NCBI GenBank assembly: GCA_020353515.1
Contig: CP070695.1
Span: 3,646,277 to 3,710,276 of the forward strand
DNA: 64,000 nt
Direction: 5' to 3'
Origin: Candidatus Heimdallarchaeota archaeon
GTDB lineage: Archaea; Asgardarchaeota; Heimdallarchaeia; Hodarchaeales; Hodarchaeaceae
Within the stretch, counting starts at the first letter, position 1; each line of letters opens with the position of its first letter. The position numbers were made by a program, and so were the translations under genes. This document shows, piece by piece, positions 57,701 to 64,000 of the stretch. The notes under the pieces were generated by a model. It was not told the origin of the DNA, did no database searches, and was given only the letters and a program-made list of their open reading frames with translations.

Positions 57701-58038
57701 CTTTCAATCTTTTCGAAAGTCTGGAGATTAACGGAGAAAGGTTCATAAAAAATTGATCTATTCTTATCTTTGATCTTAATGAAAGTCCTATATCCTGTGA
57801 AAGGTGTAGTTTGGTAGGATTTGTTGGCAGGGAAGAATTCTAAAATTGGACCATTTTTATCTTTAAATCCGAAACTGGCAATTCCTTGTCCCCTATTAAC
57901 ATAAAAGAGCCATATTGGAATACCCCTTGTACCAGCAATACCTGGTAGAAAACTAGCGAAAGGTTTCGTATTATTATAGTTCTCTATAATAAATCTATTA
58001 TTCTCATCATAATAATAATCACTCAATATACAACCCAT
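54799..58038 (-). CDS. GH161 beta-1,3-glucan phosphorylase
   Basis: F.IENY...F.SFLPGIAG..GIP.W.FYVNRGQGIASFG, YLDNVLRGG, RKHGDLERDYN, GNGNYRDVNQNRR, GYWVDHWTY, KPGWYDALNGLP, GWLENESIWLHMEYK and ARLSG.TAE. Confidence 0.88.
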   Translation of the reverse strand: MGCILSDYYYDENNRFIIENYNNTKPFASFLPGIAGTRGIPIWLFYVNRGQGIASFGFKDKNGPILEFFPANKSYQTTPFTGYRTFIKIKDKNRSIFYEPFSVNLQTFEKIERMMISYYDLEIEEISKYHNLKINVSYFTIPNEDFGGLIRILTIENVSSAPIKMELLDGLPIVIPFGFNHQVLKNMSYTGIGWIEITNMNEKIPFYKVSSRIGDETKVEKVQTGHFYLSFLQEKESPRVLEPIVDPEIIFGKNTSFSHPDGFLKYTIGDLLKRRQITANKIPCGFFGAELNLEPKDKVEIFSIIGQVNDVNRLNNQKQKIVNKQYIKEKKDENREIITSITKKVKTKTSLKLFDLYCQQNYLDNVLRGGIPKIVDRTNTPVVFHLYFRKHGDLERDYNWFYLDDNFFSQGNGNYRDVNQNRRCDVHIHPNIQHFNILTFMNLIQLDGYNPLVLQGSSFHVKAEYLPQILDLTSDKIKVEDFFNQPFTPGKLVRYLLEHKIDIQLSLSDFLNKVLKHSDQIFEAVHGEGYWVDHWTYNLDLIEDYISIYPDKKDKLLFEMIIFSFYDSLAMAQPREDKYVLIEGKVRQIDSVVIDRQKEEQINSRDRFPNSVRIENGSGSIYKTSLFSKLFCLVLIKFSTLDPYGMGIEMEADKPGWYDALNGLPGIFGSSIPETYELQRFIKFMSNSLENHAHKSIKLPVEIYDFLWAVLRHLDDYFSSRVKNKQYHYWDLVSTERERFRKRIKLGLMGEEREIAIPEVKSILKRFLIKIEEGLSLAFELNNNRIPTYFYYEIENFQMLYDEQGNVKTNKNGYPNVKVRQFKPILLPLFLEGFVKALKVQSDEESARKIWRQVRDSNLFDQKLKMYKLNESLEKQPVDIGRAKAFTPGWLENESIWLHMEYKFLIELLKKGLYNEFFDDFKNVLIPFQDVEVYGRNLTENSSFIVSSAFIDETLHGTGFYARLSGATAEFLNIWLLMMVGNNPFFLENNQLCLEFKPILPNWLFDENGSVTFNFLGNCVVTYQNPQKLNTFNNGTKVKEIKLEIKGGEIVNLKGSKIRAPYASMIRTGKINSISILLG

Positions 58039-58047
58039 CCTAATATG

Positions 58048-58857
58048 TTATTTTTGTAATCGTAGAAGAAATTCTTTAACTCCTTCACCATTTGGAAAGT
58101 TTAAGACGCCTAATGAAAGATCTTTCAATCTCCTTGGTGATGATGGAAAAGTCCAAGACTCATTAGCAACCTCTGCACAATGAATATCATTTTCAGAATC
58201 ACCAATAAAGATCACTTTTAGATCTTTGATTTCTTGATTGAAGAACTCTTTCAAGAAGTCTGGAAGAAACATACATTTCTTAACTAAAGGCGGAGAGATT
58301 TCGAGATATGTGTCATGAGAAGTACTCAATTGAACTTGATTAGATAATTTTCTGCTAAGATGCTTACGAACCGTTTTTATCTTAAATTCGTCATCAATTA
58401 ATAGAATCTTTATACAGCCATTCAAAAATTCATTTCGCCAAGGTACAGGGGTAATCCCTGTTACTTTAGCCTCTCTTTCCACACCTGGGGAGAAATCGGA
58501 TACTGCCCAAAAATCTGTTCCATAATATGTTGTGATGACGTTAAAGGAAGAGAGCTCTTTGTTAATTATAGCGACTGTTTCATTTGGAAAATATTTTATT
58601 TTATCGAATTTTTGCCAACATGTGAGGTGAAGTGCAGCTCCGTTTAGGGAAATAGTGGGCACAAATTCAAAGTAGTCCTTTAGGACAAATTTTACTCCTA
58701 GGGGATGTCGTGCTGTTGCAATTAGAATACGATCCTCATTAACATAATCTTTTAAGAGGACGGCAAGATCTTGGTTTAGCTTTTCCCCTGTTTTTATCAA
58801 AGTACCATCCATATCTAACACTAAAATGAACTCATCATCAATTACCAGATGATACAC
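58048..58857 (-). CDS. Cof-type HAD IIB phosphatase
   Basis: DMDGTL, IATAR, SLNGA, YLEI and GDSEND. Confidence 0.85.
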   Translation of the reverse strand: MYHLVIDDEFILVLDMDGTLIKTGEKLNQDLAVLLKDYVNEDRILIATARHPLGVKFVLKDYFEFVPTISLNGAALHLTCWQKFDKIKYFPNETVAIINKELSSFNVITTYYGTDFWAVSDFSPGVEREAKVTGITPVPWRNEFLNGCIKILLIDDEFKIKTVRKHLSRKLSNQVQLSTSHDTYLEISPPLVKKCMFLPDFLKEFFNQEIKDLKVIFIGDSENDIHCAEVANESWTFPSSPRRLKDLSLGVLNFPNGEGVKEFLLRLQK

Positions 58858-58938
58858 TATCCTTTTCCTTAAGAATAGTCAGATTAAAGACTAAATCTTG
58901 TATTTTAACAAATAAGGACTCAATATGTACATTTACTT

Positions 58939-61900
58939 TTAATTATATAACCAACATTTTACCTGTCGTTCTTTATCAGACAGTTCAACGACTGGAGGTT
59001 CATAAGATTTACAATGGGTCATAATTTCAGGACACCTTGGATGGAAGCGACACCCAGGAGGAGGGTATCTTAAGTCAGGGTGACTACCTGGTATACTTCT
59101 TAATTCAGCTGGCCTTGTACCATCTGGATTAAATTTTACAATAGAAGAAATGAGTAAAGCTGTGTAAGGGTGAAGTGGATCATTGATAATATCATCCATA
59201 AAACCTGTTTCAACTATTTCACCACAATACATGATGATAGATCTACTACACAACTGTCTCAGAGTAGCTATATCATGAGAAACGAAGAGGATAGATTGAA
59301 TAATTCCTTTGTTCTTTAAGTCAGAAAGCATTTGTATCATCTGTTTTTGTGATGTAACATCTAAAGCACTAGTTGGCTCATCTATTATCAAAAGATTAGG
59401 ATTCCACAGGGTGGAGATCGCAATAACAACCCGCTGTTTCATACCTCCACTCAATTCATGAGGGTAACGATCTAAAACTGACTTGTCCAGACCCACTCTC
59501 TCAAAATGAATTTCTGCAAGTTTATAGGTTTCTACTTTAGATCCTTTTCTCCCAGTACGCTCTTCCACAACATCCATGATAAAGTCCTTGATCTTTTTCA
59601 CTGGATTCAAAGATTCCATCGAAGCTTGGGGGACATAAGACAATAGCCTGCATTTAACCTGTGTTCTCAAAGCCTCTGGCCTGATTTTATAAATGTCAAA
59701 CCTATCAACAAGAATTTTCCCCTTTTCATAATGCAAGAGTGGCCTGGGTGATCCTGTGAGAAGCTCCGCTAATGTGGACTTTCCACAACCAGATTCACCG
59801 GCAAGACCTACGATTTCACCTCTTTTAATTGTTAATGAAACATTATCCACACCATGTACAACCCCAAAAGATCCTCGATAGTAACCCTTCAGATTCTCAA
59901 CTGATAAAAGATATTCTAGGAATAAATCTTCATCTATGATTTTTGGTTCTTTGATACCTCTTCCACTAATAGCTGAGACAATAGATCGATGGGAAGAACG
60001 ATAACTCGGAATCGTTGTACTCACAATCGTTATTACAAATGAAATTGATACCCAAAGAAATATCATTAAAGGGTCTACATTTACCTTTATTGGAATGCTA
60101 GAAGAAATATACCACTGCATTAGATATGCACCAACAACTCCCTCAATTATTCCAATAATTACAGCTGTTATCTCCAACATTGTACTTTCAGCCAAAAAAA
60201 TGGAGAATACTTCTTTTTTAGAAATTCCCATAGCACGTATGATTCCTACTTCTCTTTCCATCTTCAATGTAGAGATAAGTATGCATACAAATTGAGCTAA
60301 TCCAACTAAGAAGAATGATTCTAAGAATAAAGTTTGAAATAACACAGCTTGTTTTCGAAGTGTTCCCTCGATAAATGTAGAAAAGTAATCTATTGAAACT
60401 GCGCGATAAAATTCATTATAAGTAAACTTAAGATTTTTAGTTAAATTATTCACATTAGTATCATCATCTATTGACATAACGAACCATTTTGCTACTGGTT
60501 CATCTTCGGAAGGAAAAAATTGATCAAACAAGACATTAGACAAATATAAATACAACCCTTGGCGTACAAAAGGATTACCACGTACAATTCCATTAATAAC
60601 TAATGTTTTTGTTATGTTCTCTTGTAATATGATTTGAATTGTTTCACCTAAGTCCACGTTCAGATGTTGTAAGAGAAGATTACTAATAATCACTCCTTGT
60701 TCCGAAGTATTCATCATCATTGCGAGATTAGGTTTTGTTTGGGCAATAATTGGACCTATGAACGTTTCATAATTTTTAGGATCAATACCAAAGATATTAA
60801 TTCGTTTAGAATTGAAATTCACGATAGTAGAACGTTCTTGTATGAAACTAGCTTCTACTATATCTCTATTACGCTCTAATTTTTCAACCACTGTAATTGG
60901 TAACTCTTGTCCATCATAACATTCTGCAATGATATCGATACCACCAAACTGATCATTATAATAGGTGGGAACAGCATCTATCAGAGCATTCGAAACTATT
61001 CCGATAATAATTATGAAAGACAAGGCGATAGCACTCGTCATAATAGTAATTGCCGATTTGGAGGCTTCACGTTTTACGTTTCGTGATGAAACTACTTTTG
61101 CAATGGTTGAAAACCAAAATAAGTTCTTTCCAACCTTAGGTAAAAAGTTCAATAAACCAGTTTGAATTAAAAACGTTCCAATTAAGATTAATACAAGAAC
61201 AATGAAATGAAAAGAGACAATTTCAAAAGAAAGAAATCGTGACGGACCAATAAAGTAGGATCCAATAATACCAATTGCACTTAGAACAATACCAGTCAAA
61301 AATGTATATTTCCATGTAACTTTCCATTTTTGCTCTATACTACGCTGTTGATAATGAATGTTTTGAACAGGAGGAAGAACGATAGCGATTACAACTGGAT
61401 AGATTCCTGCAATGAGGGATATCAAAATTCCGGAAAGAAACGCAGTACCTACGGACGCTGGTTTTATTACTAACTGGGTGACAGTTACTATTTCCACTGT
61501 TTGGTTAAATAGGGTTAAATACATTACTGAGAAGAGAAATCCAAAAATAGTTCCAAAAAAACTCCCTAACGTGCTATAAACTAGAATTTCAATCCCAAGA
61601 GTCACAACGATTTGAAAATTCGATGTTCCTACTGATTTTAAGATTCCAAATTCTTTTTTTCGTTCATTCACATTAATAGTTAGTAGATTAGCAAGAAATA
61701 AGATAGCTACAACAAACGATGCCAATACAATTATGTTCATGGCCGTTTGATAAGAAGTAATACCAAGTCTGGCAATTTCTGAAATTATTTTCCCCCGTAT
61801 GACTAAGAACTCCTCTCCAACTGTACTTTTTATATTTGTGACAACTTCATCAATCTCGAGTAAATCATCAACTTCGACTATACATTCAATATGGAAACTC

Positions 61901-62532
61901 CATTTTGCCTCTAATAACTTTTCACAAAGAAAATCAGCATCTACTAAGATATAAAGATATCCGAATAAGTTTCCAAAATTACTACTGTCTTCCATTATCC
62001 CCCTTATATATACTGAGCCAGAAATGTCAGGAATCAATTGAGATAAGTTAATTTTTTGATTAGGGGTGACTCCGAACATCTTTGCAAGTGTGTTTGAGAT
62101 TAGAATCCCATTATTTTTCAGTCTTAGATTTCCTTCAAGTAATTCTATATTTTGAAAATCAGGGTGACTTGTATCACAACCATATACAACAAGGTTTTCA
62201 TTTATATCAAAACCTCGACCTAAATATTGAAGGGTCTCATTTGAATAAATATGAGTTATTATTGTACTGGACTTGCTGACTCCAGATACAGATTGTACTG
62301 TGGTTGTTAATTCTCTCATTTCTTCAAGAGTCTTGTTATTATGTATTGAATAAATATTAATATCAGTATAATTATTCAATCGACGATCAGTGATAAAATT
62401 ATCATAAAGAGAATCAATAGAAATAGCTATCCCAGTTTCGAGCGCAACAGATAGTGTGATACCCAGTATTAATAGAATGCTTCTCCATTTATTCCTTCTC
62501 ACATTATGGAAAGCTATTCCAATATATCTCAT
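58939..62532 (-). CDS. Fusion: FtsX/MacB-type double permease plus C-terminal OppD/DppD-type ABC ATPase
   Basis: Two FtsX repeats (ERKKEFGILKSVG; EREVGIIRAMG) with extracellular domains. From about 59916 downward: GESGCGKS, YPHELSGGMKQR, IIDEPTSALD, SHD, PLHPYT and GCRFHPRC..C..VKCW. Confidence 0.88.
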   Translation of the reverse strand: MRYIGIAFHNVRRNKWRSILLILGITLSVALETGIAISIDSLYDNFITDRRLNNYTDINIYSIHNNKTLEEMRELTTTVQSVSGVSKSSTIITHIYSNETLQYLGRGFDINENLVVYGCDTSHPDFQNIELLEGNLRLKNNGILISNTLAKMFGVTPNQKINLSQLIPDISGSVYIRGIMEDSSNFGNLFGYLYILVDADFLCEKLLEAKWSFHIECIVEVDDLLEIDEVVTNIKSTVGEEFLVIRGKIISEIARLGITSYQTAMNIIVLASFVVAILFLANLLTINVNERKKEFGILKSVGTSNFQIVVTLGIEILVYSTLGSFFGTIFGFLFSVMYLTLFNQTVEIVTVTQLVIKPASVGTAFLSGILISLIAGIYPVVIAIVLPPVQNIHYQQRSIEQKWKVTWKYTFLTGIVLSAIGIIGSYFIGPSRFLSFEIVSFHFIVLVLILIGTFLIQTGLLNFLPKVGKNLFWFSTIAKVVSSRNVKREASKSAITIMTSAIALSFIIIIGIVSNALIDAVPTYYNDQFGGIDIIAECYDGQELPITVVEKLERNRDIVEASFIQERSTIVNFNSKRINIFGIDPKNYETFIGPIIAQTKPNLAMMMNTSEQGVIISNLLLQHLNVDLGETIQIILQENITKTLVINGIVRGNPFVRQGLYLYLSNVLFDQFFPSEDEPVAKWFVMSIDDDTNVNNLTKNLKFTYNEFYRAVSIDYFSTFIEGTLRKQAVLFQTLFLESFFLVGLAQFVCILISTLKMEREVGIIRAMGISKKEVFSIFLAESTMLEITAVIIGIIEGVVGAYLMQWYISSSIPIKVNVDPLMIFLWVSISFVITIVSTTIPSYRSSHRSIVSAISGRGIKEPKIIDEDLFLEYLLSVENLKGYYRGSFGVVHGVDNVSLTIKRGEIVGLAGESGCGKSTLAELLTGSPRPLLHYEKGKILVDRFDIYKIRPEALRTQVKCRLLSYVPQASMESLNPVKKIKDFIMDVVEERTGRKGSKVETYKLAEIHFERVGLDKSVLDRYPHELSGGMKQRVVIAISTLWNPNLLIIDEPTSALDVTSQKQMIQMLSDLKNKGIIQSILFVSHDIATLRQLCSRSIIMYCGEIVETGFMDDIINDPLHPYTALLISSIVKFNPDGTRPAELRSIPGSHPDLRYPPPGCRFHPRCPEIMTHCKSYEPPVVELSDKERQVKCWLYN

Positions 62533-62663
62533 TTTAAACCCTAAATTGTGTAAATAGATTCAAATCAATTAGATTTTCTATTCTTTTTTCTTTTTACTAC
62601 GATTACATTCAGGAAAGGACCTTAAAATATTACTGTCTTAATATTGGTGTTGTTGAAGAGAAG

Positions 62664-63551
62664 CTAGTAATAACCAAGTACTCCTTTTTTCCGGGTCCGA
62701 TATTCAAAGTAGTTAAAGATTAAAATTCCTAAACAGAGCCAAACGATATTTAGGAATGATAGATATACTAGAATTTCAAACCAATAATCACTAAATCCTT
62801 GAAGTACGCCTTCTCGGAAACCTTCGACACCCCATGTAATTGGGGAAATAAATGATAATGGTCTGAGGAAGAAAGGTAGTACAGCCAACGGGAAGAATGC
62901 TGGTGCCAGTAAGTTCATGAATCCATCCATAAAGAGGACGAATTTCCATGCTTGCTTCATAGCAAGCACTAATCCAGAAATAATTAAAGAAAAACCCAAC
63001 AACGAGACCGTAGCAAAAAACAAGATCAGTATCATTGGAAGGAAATTTAAAAGATTTATTTCTAATCCGTAGAGAAAGAATACACCACCAACTTGTAAGA
63101 AAAATGCCAATACTGACATAGTTAATCCAAAAAGTGTATTTCCTAAAATAATTGAAAATCTGGATGCAGGAGTCATATAAATACTGACCAAAGTCCCAGT
63201 CCATTCTTCGCGTCGAATACCCATAGCACCCATCCAATAGATTCGTGTTAGAATAGCCATTGATGCTGAACCGAAAGTTAAGAATAAAATAACATCACTT
63301 GTGGTTGCATAATTCGCTAACATCTCGCTTTCACGACCACCAACCAAGGTTTGTCCATAAATAATAACAGGTAATAAGAAAATCAATGGTTCAGAGACAA
63401 AATAGAGAAAAGTCAATGGATACGATAACCTAATTCTCCAATACTTGATCATTAGCTCCCAGGCACAATTTACTTCAAACCAAAGACGAGAGAGAGAACT
63501 TTGAAGAAATTGGGGTGATTGATCTTCATAAGATTTAGTTATGTGATCCAA
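62664..63551 (-). CDS. ABC-2 type permease
   Basis: EEWTGTL..IYMTP.SR, FFPL..LP..L..LS..SP.TWGVE..R and RKKG.LG.Y tail. Confidence 0.85.
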   Translation of the reverse strand: MDHITKSYEDQSPQFLQSSLSRLWFEVNCAWELMIKYWRIRLSYPLTFLYFVSEPLIFLLPVIIYGQTLVGGRESEMLANYATTSDVILFLTFGSASMAILTRIYWMGAMGIRREEWTGTLVSIYMTPASRFSIILGNTLFGLTMSVLAFFLQVGGVFFLYGLEINLLNFLPMILILFFATVSLLGFSLIISGLVLAMKQAWKFVLFMDGFMNLLAPAFFPLAVLPFFLRPLSFISPITWGVEGFREGVLQGFSDYWFEILVYLSFLNIVWLCLGILIFNYFEYRTRKKGVLGYY

Positions 63552-64000
63552 TTAATACACTCCCAAGGAACCTTGTTTCCGAGAATAGGCCTCCATTTTA
63601 GTAAAGAGAAGGATTCCAATCATCCATAGCAAAATATCAAGAAATATTAGGCCAATAATAAAAATCACCGGCTCTACAGAAGGGAATAACACTATTTCTG
63701 GCATTATTAACTTTCTGATTACAGAAAGTCCTAATGTAAAAGGAATAACCAACGAAATTACCCGAACCCACCCTGGTAATGCTTGTAAACTATACCTAAC
63801 GGGTGTGACAAAATGCAGACCTGTTTCAATCATTTCGGTCAAGGTTCCAGGTTCTTTGAAGACAATTATAATGCCTGCCATCAATACACCAAAGCCATAT
63901 AAACCAATATTTGTGAGGAACAGGATTCCTATGGATAAGATTACCCCATCCCATAAAATATGTATTTGAAGAAATAGACTAATTATTGTAAATTGAATTA
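63552..64000 (-). CDS. ABC-2 type permease, N-terminus beyond the window edge
   Basis: The frame is open from the window edge (IQFTIISLF..) through LPGWVR.IS..IP.T and RKQGSLGVY. Confidence 0.8.
   Translation of the reverse strand, partial: IQFTIISLFLQIHILWDGVILSIGILFLTNIGLYGFGVLMAGIIIVFKEPGTLTEMIETGLHFVTPVRYSLQALPGWVRVISLVIPFTLGLSVIRKLIMPEIVLFPSVEPVIFIIGLIFLDILLWMIGILLFTKMEAYSRKQGSLGVY

Noticed and set aside
1339-63237. Numerous 60-150 aa ORFs antisense to or nested within long genes (e.g. 35977-36372, 50189-50617, 62791-63237)
   Set aside because: They are shadow ORFs of well-supported genes and carry no motifs of their own.
1-64000. Integron-like cassette array or prophage as an explanation for the gene mosaic
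   Set aside because: Gene orientations are mixed, there is no recurring attC-like repeat between genes, and no integrase, transposase or viral gene was found.

Overview
AT-rich, gene-dense accessory region of about 50 CDSs. I found no rRNA, tRNA, CRISPR array, transposase or integrase. GGTGA-type ribosome-binding motifs, TATA-like promoter boxes, an archaeal-type single-OB SSB domain and surface proteins ending in a TM helix plus basic tail point to an archaeon, most plausibly an Asgard (Heimdallarchaeia/Hodarchaeales-like) genome; that assignment is inference. The window is dominated by carbohydrate catabolism, with 11 glycoside hydrolase/phosphorylase genes: GH5 x3, GH3 x2, GH1, GH2, GH42-like, GH94 laminaribiose phosphorylase, GH161 beta-1,3-glucan phosphorylase and one unassigned TIM-barrel. 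There is also an amino-sugar cluster (SIS, GH42-like, ROK, NagA, PfkB). These genes are interleaved with many small-molecule-modifying enzymes (4 DinB, 2 LLM, 2 APH-like kinases, 2 nucleotidyltransferases, PTE, MBL, serine hydrolase, AKR, SDR). The main highlights are: (1) a complete phosphorolytic beta-1,3-glucan pathway; (2) an FtsX/MacB-type double permease fused to an OppD/DppD importer-class ATPase, upstream of the GH161 gene in a region with no classical sugar importer; (3) a GNAT-SSB (OB-fold) fusion with palindromes upstream; (4) a non-canonical amino-sugar pathway; (5) a mosaic tandem-repeat surface protein; (6) two disrupted genes that the ORF track splits or misreads. All family calls come from motif recognition and memory of family sequences, not from database searches.
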